Positions 37,673-48,037 of a stretch of DNA of 64,000 bases are shown here, in pieces (position 1 is the stretch's first letter; each line of letters begins with the position of its first letter). Below the pieces are notes generated by a model that searched no databases, was not told the DNA's origin, and worked only from the letters and a program-made list of their open reading frames with translations. The position numbers and the translations under genes were made by a program. The DNA is from an uncultured Eubacteriales bacterium (GTDB taxonomy: Bacteria; Bacillota; Clostridia; Christensenellales; CAG-138). Location: the NCBI GenBank assembly GCA_900542615.1, contig UQOG01000001.1, positions 22,668-86,667 on the forward strand, in the 5' to 3' direction.

Positions 37673-38611
37673 ATGATCAAGAAAAACCTGTCGCTCGTAT
37701 TCGCGTTGCTGCTCGTCCTAACTGTGCTGCCCGGCCATGCGCTGGCGGAAACCCGGTTCCAAACGTATCAGGAAGCGGTGCTGCAAGAGACCAACGCCTA
37801 CCATGCGGGGAATAAGCTCACCCTGGACCCCTGGCTGTGCGCCTTGGCGGGCGTGCTGGCGGTGGAGCATGGCGGGGAAGGCAGCGTGGGGGCTTACCGC
37901 CCCAATGGGGAAAAATGGGCTACGATTTTCCAGGAATACGGCTATCAGGCGGCGCCGGCTTCCTCGGGCTGCAATTGGCTGCGAACCAAGGAAAAACCCA
38001 CGGCGCAGACCATTGTGGCGTATTGGATGCAGACGCCGGGCTTCCAGGAAAACGTGCGCTCCTCCATGTATACCCATACCGGGGTGTTTGTGTATCAGCC
38101 TGCCCGCTCCCGCTATTATTATGTGGTGCAGCTGTTCACCGTGCCCCAGAAGGGACAAACGGCCACGCTGCCGGAAGCGCCCTTGGCCATCGTCGCGGGG
38201 AGCGGGGTCAATATTCGCTCCGGGCCGGGAACGGGCTATCGCCGCCTGGGGAAATTATCCCGGGGCCAGCTCCTCGCCTTACAGGAGATCCAGGGGGATT
38301 GGGCGGCCTTTACCCTGGAGGACGGCCAAAAGGCCTATGCTCATATGGACTATCTGGCCCTGGCGACGGAGCCGGTGGAAACCACTTTGGATGTTCCCTC
38401 CACGGATCCAGGGTCCATGGGCGAGGCCCAGGCCACCGGCCGGGTAAACGTCCGCTCCGGGCCGGGCATGTCCTATGAAACGCTGGGCCAGCTCAAGCGG
38501 GGCCAACGGGTGGCGGTCTGGGATATCCAGGGGAAATGGGCGCAGATCACCTGGACCGGCAGCCAACGCGGCTACGTATATCTGGATTACCTGCGGTTTG
38601 CAGGCCGCTAA
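37673..38611 (+). CDS. secreted CAP (SCP/PR-1-like) domain protein with two SH3b domains
   Basis: ATG 37673 after ggagaggag; signal peptide ..GHALA; CAP-like N-terminal domain; two repeats of the VN(I/V)RSGPG..Y..LG.L.RGQ SH3_3 pattern. Confidence 0.72.
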   Translation: MIKKNLSLVFALLLVLTVLPGHALAETRFQTYQEAVLQETNAYHAGNKLTLDPWLCALAGVLAVEHGGEGSVGAYRPNGEKWATIFQEYGYQAAPASSGCNWLRTKEKPTAQTIVAYWMQTPGFQENVRSSMYTHTGVFVYQPARSRYYYVVQLFTVPQKGQTATLPEAPLAIVAGSGVNIRSGPGTGYRRLGKLSRGQLLALQEIQGDWAAFTLEDGQKAYAHMDYLALATEPVETTLDVPSTDPGSMGEAQATGRVNVRSGPGMSYETLGQLKRGQRVAVWDIQGKWAQITWTGSQRGYVYLDYLRFAGR

Positions 38612-38886
38612 CGCCACGCCGGACGCGCAAACCGCGTCCGGCGCTCTGCTATCACAAAAGCCATTCTTTGGGCAGGGCCAGGTGAAAAGGAGACGGCGGG
38701 GAAGCCCCTTTTTTTCAAGCATTATTTTCATCTTTAACGGAAGAAATTGTGTATATATAAATTGCGTGGAGGCCCTTCAGGCCGGAATGGCGGCGGGGCC
38801 ATGGCAGAGCCGAGGAAGGCCCTGCGAGAATGCTGGCCATAGGGCAGGGGGCTGCGGCCTCCAAACGGGGGAGGGGAGGACGGATC

Positions 38887-40020
38887 TTGAAAAGGCGTAT
38901 TCTAATCGTTTCGATCCTTGGGGGTATTGCGGTGCTTGCCCTTGCCGGCCTGTTCGGCGCGGGGCGGATGAAGGAAACACGCCGGGGCGCGTCGGAAGCG
39001 GAAGCGGCGACCGTCGGCCCGGGCACGGCCTATGCGGATTGCGCCAACGCGGCCATGGTAATCGTGCCGGAGGGCGCGCTGGACGCCGCAAAGGCATACG
39101 CCAGGCGATGGGTGGACGATGGGAAGCTCCTGTATATCCAGGATGCCGCCTGGAGCAAGGAAGCCCTTGGGGAAGCCCTTTCCATTCCCCTTGCCCAAAG
39201 CTCCGTCTACAGCCCTATGCCCCATATCGCAACCGCCATATTTCAGGCCGGAGGCCGCTATGTGTTCAGCTACATCTATGTGCAGGCGGGCCCGGCTGTG
39301 GCGGGCAATTCGGACAGCGCGCCCTTCGCGGCGACGCCGGAGCAAATCGAAGCGCTACAGGCGCTGGTTCCCCTGGAGGAGGGGTTGGAAAGCGCCCGCA
39401 CCCTCTGGACGGAGGCAAGCCTGGCCCCGTCCCTGCTTGACGGGGCGGAGGGGCGGCCCGCCCAGGCCGATGCGCTCTATGCGGACCTTGTAAAAATGTA
39501 TGACCCGGTGGGCGTTCATCTTGGGGACGGCCTCGCCTTGCAATATGTATATGAACGGGGCCAAGGGCTCGTAAACGGCCGGCAGATGGAGCTGTTTGAC
39601 GTGGTTACCCGCTTCAAGGTCCTCCCGAGGCCCGGCAATGCCCTGCAGACCTATCAGGGCAGGCTGCGTTGCGATCTGGCGGGCCAGCAGCTGCTGGATT
39701 TCGCCATCCTGCCGCCAGACGCCGGGGAAGGGGCCGTCCTTCAGCTGGGCGGCGGCAAGCTGCCCGGCGGCGCCTGGTGGAACTATACCCCCGACGGCCA
39801 GGCCGTGACCACAAACGGCGCGCCCAGCTGGGGCTATGTGGATTATTGCGCCAGCCCCCGGGCGCTGCGGCACGGCGACGCCTGGGAGCTACAGCCCGGC
39901 ATCCGCGTGGCAGCCGGCGAGGCCGGGCAACGGGGCGCGTTTTCCAGGCTGACCATCCCCGCGCTGGGGATCTTCGGACAGGGTGGCGCCTATACCCTGG
40001 AAGTGGGCGGATGGTTTTAA
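38887..40020 (+). CDS. membrane-anchored hypothetical protein
   Basis: TTG 38887 after gggaggggagga; N-terminal TM helix (ILIVSILGGIAVLALAGLF); no family recognised. Confidence 0.55.
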   Translation: MKRRILIVSILGGIAVLALAGLFGAGRMKETRRGASEAEAATVGPGTAYADCANAAMVIVPEGALDAAKAYARRWVDDGKLLYIQDAAWSKEALGEALSIPLAQSSVYSPMPHIATAIFQAGGRYVFSYIYVQAGPAVAGNSDSAPFAATPEQIEALQALVPLEEGLESARTLWTEASLAPSLLDGAEGRPAQADALYADLVKMYDPVGVHLGDGLALQYVYERGQGLVNGRQMELFDVVTRFKVLPRPGNALQTYQGRLRCDLAGQQLLDFAILPPDAGEGAVLQLGGGKLPGGAWWNYTPDGQAVTTNGAPSWGYVDYCASPRALRHGDAWELQPGIRVAAGEAGQRGAFSRLTIPALGIFGQGGAYTLEVGGWF

Positions 40021-40109
40021 GAAGAAGCCATCAACAGGCCCGGCGGCGGGATAAAGGACGATCGGCTGCCGCCCTACAAGTAGGATTTCACGACCCCGGG
40101 AGGTGGAGC

Positions 40110-42273
40110 ATGAAACAAACCCTGGCGATGCTGGCGGCCGTCCTATGCCTTCTGAGCGCCTGCCAGCCAACCCCTGCCGCCGAGCCCGTGCCATACCAGG
40201 GCCATGACCCGGTGGACAACGCGCCTTCAGCGGCGGCATTTGAAGCAATCGATGCGCCGCCCCGGGTGGAAACCAGCTTTACAGACGAGGCCACCGGCCT
40301 TACGGTAATCTTTGACTGTGAAGTGAAGACGCCGGAAGTATCCGGCTATTCCATCCTGGCAGCAAAGGCGGCGCAGCTTTCCGCCGGGGACTTCGCCGCC
40401 GCCATAGAAGCCCTGTGCCCCGGTAAACCGCTGCTGCAAGCGCCGGTGCGCACCCAGGCGGAATGGGGGGCGTACATCACCCGCTGCAAACAGAACCTGG
40501 GGGAAAGCGACCCTGCGTATATCCAATACTTGACGGAGCAAATGATGAACGCGCCGCAAACCTATGCGCCCGCGCCCTTCCATCTGGAAGATATAGGCGC
40601 CGGGGGATCCTTTGAAGCCTACTTTTCCAACGAAGAAGGCGCTTATGGCATCGTGAGCGGGGCCCTGGGGGGCAGCTGGTTCTACTATTCCCGGGATCAG
40701 GAAGCGGGCTGTATCGGCGAGGACGATCTGGAGCCCGGTCTGGACGACGCCATGCTGGCGGATTACCAGGGGGAATTCTCCCTCTCCGCCCAGGCGGCGC
40801 TGCCCTATGCCCGGGCGGCCCTTGCGGCCCTGGGGCAGGCGGACGCAGAGCAGGCCTATGTGGGCAAAATGTGCGCCTACGCCTATGGCGGGCTATACGC
40901 AAAGGGCTGGAAATTCGTATTCACCCACGGGGCCAATGGCCTGCCCAGCCCCTATGCTGCGGAAACGGTCACCTTCGGCGGCGACGGGCTTCCCCTGCCG
41001 ACCCTGTGCTCTCCCTGGGGGACTGGAGCTGATATCCATCTTTGTGGATGACCAGGGGGTGCTGATGATTAACGCCGTCAATATGATAGACCCCGGGGAA
41101 ACGATCGTAGAGAATGTGGCGCTATTGCCGTTTTCGCAGCGCTTTTGCTCGGCACTTATAGGTATTATTTCCAAACGAAGAAAGGTGGATTAGCCGTGAG
41201 AATCGAAGAAAGCAGAAATAAATTAAAATCCAATATAATGATGTTTGTTGTAGCCTTTTTCGTTGCATTGGCTCTATATTGTACGCCGCGAATGCTTATA
41301 GAATTTTACTGGAATGGTGCGTTTGTTCCTTTTATACGAATAATGAAAACTGCAGTTTTCGTTTTTGCACCGTTATTTTTGGCCGCATACATACTTTATA
41401 TATCCGATATTAAGAAGCACATCAAATGGACATCGCTAAATGTAGTATGGTATTTCAGCTTCGCATTGTATATTACAATTTTGATTTTTGTTTTATTCGG
41501 TGGAGGGAGGCGAGATTATGACTATTCCGCTATTCATCCTAATTTTACCCCATTGGTATCAACTATCAAAGCAATAGAGATTAGTATCGCAACGCATGAC
41601 TTGTATTTTTTTAGGAGTATGATTTTTAATGTTTTGCTATTCGCACCGTTTTCATTCTTTTTATCTTGGAAAATAAAAAAAAGGAGGGCTATTATCGGCA
41701 TAGCTTTTTTAGCTATATGTGCTGCCGAACTTGCGCAGCAGTTGCTTAATGTTGGAGTTTTCGATATTGATGATATTTTGTTGAATCTTGTTGGCGTAGT
41801 TTTAGGCTTTGTTTCGTATATGTGTATTTCCAAGTTAATCAAAGTGAGCTCTGGATAACTGTGAATTTTACGAAGAAGATCTAGCTGAACGAATAATATA
41901 TCATTGGCAGTATTATTAGTAAAAAAGTGGTAAAATGTTTTGGAAATCATAGTGGTAAATAAGGTGCTTCGTGTAGGCATAGTGAGATGATTTACAACTA
42001 ACAGACGGCATCCGGCAGCATCTTGTGCGGACGTTCTTCTATTTGCCGGAGCGGGTGGAGCGGGCCGCGATCAAGGTGACCGGCATGGAGCTATGCGCCG
42101 CCACGGTCACCGCAAAGAACGACCCGGAAGCGGGCCGGATGATCCCTGCCTGGAAGGTGTCCTTCCAAACCATGGGGGACGCGCAGGATGGGATCGAGGC
42201 TTACAGCCGGTATTTCAGCGCCATCGACGGCAGCTATATCGAGCCGCGGATCACGTCGGCATATTTGGGGTGA
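40110..42273 (+). pseudogene. lipoprotein of the local paralogue family, disrupted by a poly-G frameshift and a ~0.86-kb low-GC insertion
   Basis: ATG 40110 after ggaggtgga; lipobox LLSAC. The frame breaks at the G5 run 41017-41021; removing one G restores ..SPWGLELISIFVDDQGVL.., collinear with 43457-44848. Homology stops about 41140 and resumes about 42005 (..IRQHLVRTFFYLPERVE..SYIEPRITSAYLG), matching the C-terminus of the intact paralogue. Confidence 0.7.
41196..41858 (+). CDS. VanZ-like family membrane protein (inside the insertion)
   Basis: GTG 41196 after gaaaggtgga; 5-6 TM helices; C-terminal DIDDILLNLVGVVLGF motif typical of VanZ-like proteins; strongly AT-rich versus flanks. Confidence 0.7.
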   Translation: MRIEESRNKLKSNIMMFVVAFFVALALYCTPRMLIEFYWNGAFVPFIRIMKTAVFVFAPLFLAAYILYISDIKKHIKWTSLNVVWYFSFALYITILIFVLFGGGRRDYDYSAIHPNFTPLVSTIKAIEISIATHDLYFFRSMIFNVLLFAPFSFFLSWKIKKRRAIIGIAFLAICAAELAQQLLNVGVFDIDDILLNLVGVVLGFVSYMCISKLIKVSSG

Positions 42274-42348
42274 GATAGAAGCGCTCCGGTAGCCGAAACC
42301 TTTTGCGGGATTTTATTTGCAGCCGCCAAGACCCGAAGGGAGGTTAGA

Positions 42349-43319
42349 ATGAAAGCAACGCCCAAGAAATCGACCATGTTGGCGCTGGGGATCGCGCTCT
42401 TCTTGTGCATCCTGTTGGGGACGGCGTGCCAGGCTATCCCATATGGTAGGCAAATGCCCCATCAAAGCCCCTAAACGGGCCCTGTGGAAGAAGCCATCCG
42501 GGACAAGATCCATGCCTACGGCCTATCCTCCGGCGAGGCAGCCTATTTGTATACCGATACCAATTATTATGGGGAGCGGCAAGTCGCCTGTTCCGATGAA
42601 CGATACACCTATACCTTTGACGGGGAGAACAACTTGGTTTCCCTGAAGCCGAACAGCGAATTGCGGGATGGCGATACTGCCAGGGCGACCCTGCCAAAGG
42701 ATGCGTATATCGCCTGGGCGGAAGCCTGCATGAAAACCTGCCTTCCCTTTTTTCAGGGGGAAACCACCACAATTGCCTGTACGTATGATGCATCCGATTA
42801 TTCCGTCTATTTGACCCTTGCGGATCAGCGGGGAGATTGCCTTGTGAACACGGGGACGGTCATTCTCACGGGGGACGGGGCCCTGCAGTTTTTAAGCGGC
42901 ACAAGCAATACCCTGGAGGATTTTCATGGCACGGATGGATGGAGCAAGGCGGATATAGAAGAAATCGTTTACCAAAACCTGCTGGCCGATAAAGACCAAT
43001 TGCAGCAAACGCGGCCCGCCGCCGGGGCGGAGCAGCCCCTTGCCCCCGGGGGGAGGCGCCCGCCGGGGCAGGCGGCGCCGGCTTTTCCGTGGAGACGATC
43101 GAGTTACCGGAGCTGGACATCTTCCTGGCGGAAAAAGCCGATCTTTCCTTTGGTGAAATATACAAAGAAAAGGCCGGGGATTCCGTCCTATGGCGGGCCC
43201 ACGCAACGGTGCATACCAATTGGGAGGCCATAGATCCGGCCCTGAATTTCACCTTTGTTTATACCATCGACGCGAAAACCGGCGACATCCTTGCCATGGA
43301 AACCCTTTCCGGGGCGTAA
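42349..43319 (+). pseudogene. PepSY-like lipoprotein gene with in-frame TAA and a poly-G frameshift
   Basis: ATG 42349 after gggagg; lipobox LLGTAC. In-frame TAA at 42472-42474. Frame shift at the C5G6 run (G-run 43048-43053); one extra G would join ..LAPGG to EAPAGAGGAGFSVETIELPELD.. (track ORF 43089-43319). Confidence 0.65.
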
Positions 43320-43456
43320 AATAAGCAGCTGCTACAGCAAATCAAGCGGTTGATCGAAAAGGAGTGCCCCTTGGTTACGAAAGCAAAGGAAACAGGATCC
43401 CTTGCCGGTGAAAGCCGATGGAGGCTGCGGCCTGGGGCCTTTCGGAGGTGAGCTGT

Positions 43457-44848
43457 ATGAAATTATGGATATGGTTGCTGCTATCGATGCTGATGCTATC
43501 CTTTGCCGGCTGTCAGCCCACCCCGGCCAAGCCTGCCGTTGTAAAGAAAGCTGCGGGCGTTGCAGAATCGCAGGATAACGAGGGCGCCGCTTATGCGTTT
43601 CCCGCTACCTGGTCAGAAACAATCCAGTACGCAAATTTTGAAGTGGACATTGACGCCGCGATCCGGGCGGATGGCAATGCGCCTTATTCGATATGGGAAG
43701 CGGAGGCCCGGGATTTTACCGAGAAGGACGTCTATGATTTTGTGGAAAGGGTATTGCCGGGGAAACAGCTTTACGAATATTCCAATGAACCGACGAAGGA
43801 AGAATATGAGCGGACGATCCAGGAAATCGGGCGGATGCTTACCGAAACAAAGGAACGCGACCCTGAAACATATAACGATATTGCCGGCGAATGGCTGGAT
43901 TATGCCGGGCAGCTGGCCGTGGAAATGGAGAATGCCGGCCCCGACAGGGAAACCGCCATGGAAAGCTGCCGCTTCCGGCAGGATGATGGGATGTTGGGCA
44001 GCTGCCTGAAAATCAAGGCGGACAATGGCAAGAATATGCTATCCAGCATCGTCGTCCGCAACAGCGAATACGAGACTTCTTTTACCTTTAACAACTATGA
44101 CTATGCACAAGAGCCGTTTCAATACGCTATCCCATGCCCGGATGAAGCAAAGGGTGCGGCATACGATACAGCCGTTGCCGCAGGCGATTCCTTTCTGCAC
44201 AGCCTGGGGTTAACGGAGTACGGCCTGTTCGACGTGGCTCTGACCCCCCACGGGACAAAAAGCTGGGTATTTGCAACGCAGGAAAGCCCGTCTGGGGAAC
44301 TGGGATATTATTATACCCTCTACTATACCCGCACCATAGACGGGGTACCGGTCACCTATGTGGATGACGAAAGCATTATGGGGGAGAAGCCTTTGAAGGA
44401 AGTCTATGCCGCCCCTATTTCCAATGAGAGCATTCTTTTGCAGATAGACGATACCGGCGTGGTGCAGTTTATCTGGGAGCATCCGATCACCATCGGCGCA
44501 CAGGAAACCAGGGCGGCCCTGCTTCCATGGGAAGCCATACAGGAAACCATGCAAAAACAGATGCGATACGAAAAAGAGGCCGACCCCCGTTTCGGCATTC
44601 TTACAAGAAGGTATTTCATCGACAGGATTACCTTGGGCTATGCCCTGACCCGTAACCCAAAGGGCGGCTATTGGTTGCTTCCCGTATGGGACTTCTTTGG
44701 CACATTGCAGCAGCAATTCGAAAAGGGAGCGGGCGACCCCGCAAACATGGACGCAAACAACGTTGCCACCGTGGATACATATGGCCTCAGTTTTCTTACC
44801 ATCAACGGGATGGATGGCAGCATAATCGACCGGCGGGTGGGATATTAG
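43457..44848 (+). CDS. lipoprotein, intact member of the local paralogue family
   Basis: ATG 43457 after ggaggtg; lipobox LSFAGC; collinear with fragments 40110.. and 45140... Confidence 0.75.
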   Translation: MKLWIWLLLSMLMLSFAGCQPTPAKPAVVKKAAGVAESQDNEGAAYAFPATWSETIQYANFEVDIDAAIRADGNAPYSIWEAEARDFTEKDVYDFVERVLPGKQLYEYSNEPTKEEYERTIQEIGRMLTETKERDPETYNDIAGEWLDYAGQLAVEMENAGPDRETAMESCRFRQDDGMLGSCLKIKADNGKNMLSSIVVRNSEYETSFTFNNYDYAQEPFQYAIPCPDEAKGAAYDTAVAAGDSFLHSLGLTEYGLFDVALTPHGTKSWVFATQESPSGELGYYYTLYYTRTIDGVPVTYVDDESIMGEKPLKEVYAAPISNESILLQIDDTGVVQFIWEHPITIGAQETRAALLPWEAIQETMQKQMRYEKEADPRFGILTRRYFIDRITLGYALTRNPKGGYWLLPVWDFFGTLQQQFEKGAGDPANMDANNVATVDTYGLSFLTINGMDGSIIDRRVGY

Positions 44849-45139
44849 CGCTTGGCTGGGATGCGGCATAGCCTGTTCCCCGGCAATGCCGTATTTCCCG
44901 CCTTGCCCGGCGGCTTTGCAGCGCTGCCTTTTCGGCCCTGCCCCTTTGCAGTTGGGCCGGGCGGACACAGCCTGTCTAGCCGGGGCCCTGCCCCTTCGTT
45001 GCCGCAGCCAAGCGGGAATATCCCTTCCCCCAGCATAAGCCCCCGCCGTCCAAATGCTAACAATTTATTTACACACCGGCAACAAATTCCCATGCAAAAT
45101 ATGCAACAATAAAAGAAACGGCGAAAGGAGGGCGCGCCC

Positions 45140-45736
45140 ATGAAACGGATCCTAGCAGGGCTGCTGGGCTTGCTTGTGAGCTTTGGCGGGATGGGATGTC
45201 AGAAAACGCCGGAAAAAAGCCTGGTAGGAAATAAGGGGGAAGACGCCCTTTCCCAGGCCATTGCCGCAACGCCCGGGGCGCAGCTCCCGCTGGAGGCCCC
45301 GGCAACCTGGACGCATACGTTCGGCAGCAGCGACGGCGCTTTTTCCATCGTTATTGACGCTGCGGTGGAATTGCCGGACGCCGGCAGTTATCCCGTTGCC
45401 AAGGTTAAAAAGATAGACCTTACGGAAGCCTGGTTAAAAAACTTCCTTCAGCGACTAAGCAATGGAGGAAAGGTATACCAATTTAAAGACGAAACCGTAT
45501 ATACCAAATCGGAGATCGAAGAGATTTTAATCAACCTTAGGCGAGAGCTGTCCGATCCAAGCTCTGACTTGAATAGCGCGAATTTAACGGAAGAAGCGCG
45601 GGCTGCACGCGCGCAAGAAATCGAAGAAGATCTCCGGCTATGGCTGGAAGCCTACGAAGCTGCACCGGAAACCTATGCGCTCGTGGAGCAACCAATAGAA
45701 TATAGTGAAGACAATGCTGGGGGGGCAGCAGTTTAG
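45140..45736 (+). pseudogene. lipoprotein paralogue, 3'-truncated (198 codons)
   Basis: Lipobox-like FGGMGC; N-terminal part collinear with 43457-44848 (..ATW..F..D..I...). The ORF ends where AT-rich degraded DNA begins. Confidence 0.6.
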
Positions 45737-46036
45737 CTGTAGCTTGGATCTTGGCAAAGATACATTGGCCTATATATGGGTTTTTATATGATGCGCAGCA
45801 GGATGGATTTATTTTCCCAATGGGACAACCGCTTGTATATCACCGTCTGAACTGCAATAAGTCTACAGAATAATACCTTTTCGCTGTTACCAGATACAAG
45901 GGAATGTCTACCGAAAATGTGATTACCGTAAGACTTGTTTTGATACGGTCGGTATGCGTAGAAGAATTTTGGTCAGTAGCTGCTATCCTGCGTTTACAAA
46001 GGGCATTTAAGAGTAAATACTTTGGAATAGCTGTAC

Positions 46037-46228
46037 GTGATGAGAAAAGGGAAAATATGGGCTGAAGGTAGCTTTGCTCCTATGACAAGAGAGCATAATT
46101 TTTTAAGAATTCGGGAACGAGGCATTCTTGCAGCAACTGAGGAATGCCTCCTGTCTGCCATGGCATTAAACCTCATGAGAATGGCTAAGGCCATCTTTTC
46201 TGCAATATATGGATATAATGTGGGCTAA
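46037..46228 (+). mobile_element. IS1182/IS5-like DDE transposase, C-terminal remnant
   Basis: ..WAEGSFAPMTREHNFLRIRERGILAATEECLLSAMALNLMRMAKA.. is the conserved C-terminus of this transposase group. Possible further frame-shifted remnants lie upstream to about 45880. Confidence 0.65.
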
Positions 46229-47261
46229 GGATATGATTTCTCGGCCCATATTTCATCTTTGACAACTGCTTCGCAGTTTTACATGATCCCTTTGACGATA
46301 TTCTTTCGCAAAGACTCTGACCTTCAATTATGTAGCGCTATTATGTTGTAAGGGACGGGGAGATTCTGTCACATATTGACACAATACAGGCCTACAGCGT
46401 CGACAGTCAAAGTACTTCAGCTGGTTCCTAGTAGCCTATGGCATTCGAACATAATTGGGAATTGACGTGCTACCAGGTATCCGGATGGTAGTCTGTAACG
46501 ACGCGGATAGCAAAGACGCATTTTTTAGTTGACACTACCCAGCGATAGGAATATTAAAAAAAGAATTTTTACGACATCGAAGTAGGCGAATAATTTTATG
46601 GCGCAAGCCACTTAGAGAGATGTGATTATGAAGGGGATGATTCATGACTAACCTGGATGCTGCCCGTGCGGCAATGCCTGCCTATAGCCCGTGTACCCGA
46701 TCCAGGTAGCCTGCCTAGGTTGTTAGAGCTTTCAAAACGGTTGCCTGTACCATTTCTAGCAATGCTTGGAGAAGGCCTCCTTTGCAAATCCTTCTGTTCG
46801 TCTGCCATTCTAGCGCCATGCCAAAGCCATTTCCGGGGTTTTTTGCAAAATCGCCTATATACCTACATAAAAAAACGCTTGTAAGGGGCGGCGGCATAGG
46901 ACCCCATCGGTCCCTTTTGGCCCCATTCGCCCCGGCGCTGCGTTGGCCGGCTTTGGAAGGGGGCCTACCCTGCTTGCGGCTGCCCGCTTTGCGCTGGAAC
47001 AAATGGGACCGAAATGGGCGCTGCGCTCCGGAAAGGGGCAGATCTGCGGCAGATGCGCGAAAGAGAAGGGAGGCATACCCGCTGTGGTATACCTGCCGGC
47101 GATGACCATGCAGCTGCCCCAATATGCCCCCTTCCGGGCGATGGGCTCCCATGCCGCCGCCCCGAATGGCGCCGCCTTCATTCTGCGGGTTACAGGCGTG
47201 GTTTTTTCCGGGGCATCCCGGAAAGGGAATATGGCCTCGGCGCAGGGCTGCCCGAATTGCC

Positions 47262-47510
47262 CTACGCCTGCTTCTGCACCCCGTTCACATCCACAATGGT
47301 ATCGCCCTGCAGCAGCAGCTCGCTCACCGTGACGAATTCATACCCCTGGGCCTGGGCGGTCTCCAGAAGGGTGGGCAGGTATTCCTTGATCTTGTAGCCG
47401 TTGTTGTGGCACAGGATGATGCAGCCTGGATGCAGCTTTGGCAGCACCGTATCCAATATGGTTTGGGCGCTGCGCTCCTCCTTCCAGTCGATGGTATCCA
47501 CCTTCGACAC
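47262..47510 (-). pseudogene. polysaccharide deacetylase (NodB-domain) gene, 3' fragment only
   Basis: ..VDTIDWK...PGCIILCHNNG...GYEFVTVSELL is the C-terminal ~80 aa of a NodB-type deacetylase; similarity is lost upstream of about 47515. Confidence 0.7.
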
Positions 47511-47525
47511 GGAATGGATGACAGG

Positions 47526-47592
47526 AAAAACCCAAGGAAATAAGCCAATTTCATCGTTACAAAGGCTATGCCAAGAGGCATGGTCTTTCTAT
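47526..47592 (+). repeat. ~67-bp imperfect direct repeat, copy 1 (contains hairpin aaaggctatgcc-aaga-ggcatggtcttt)
   Basis: Aligned by eye with 49483-49550: aaaaacccaagg..caatttcatc..aaaggctatgccaagaggcatgg.cttt shared. Confidence 0.75.
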
Positions 47593-48037
47593 TTTGAATA
47601 AGGCGCGTCAAGAGGCGGTGCAACCAGCGGAAGAGATCGGTGCGGCAACAAGGGCCGTAGGCCCCAGAGGCAAGCATGGCTTCATCCGGGCCCAGCCGGG
47701 CCGCTGGCCGGTGTCATAGATCCTATACCGCGCGCTTGCGTATCAGCCAACAGGGTTACTGCCGCACTATCCGGCGGTCTGCCGCCGCTGATATGCAGGA
47801 GCAACTTTTTACCGCACGTTCACACGGGGCGGCATGACATGTCCTTGCCTTCCTGCGTGAAATCCTTGCAGTTCCGGACTAAACCATTCTTGACAACGGC
47901 ATATCGTGCAAATCTGCATATTGGAAAAACGTGATTTTTTTGGTTGTTTCAGTCGGAAAAGTGTGCATGAACGCCGTTGAAAAAATAGGAAAAATGTGCT
48001 ACACTATGTACAGTCTAAAATATAGGCGGTGAGGTGC

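Noticed and set aside
46860-47260. G+C-rich ~400-bp non-coding stretch with overlapping track ORFs (46943-47332+, 47014-47397+, 46715-47152-). It was considered as a hidden gene or ncRNA.
   Set aside because: No ORF has an SD, motif or consistent third-position bias. I could not recognise tRNA, tmRNA or riboswitch signatures. It is left unannotated as part of the degraded junction.
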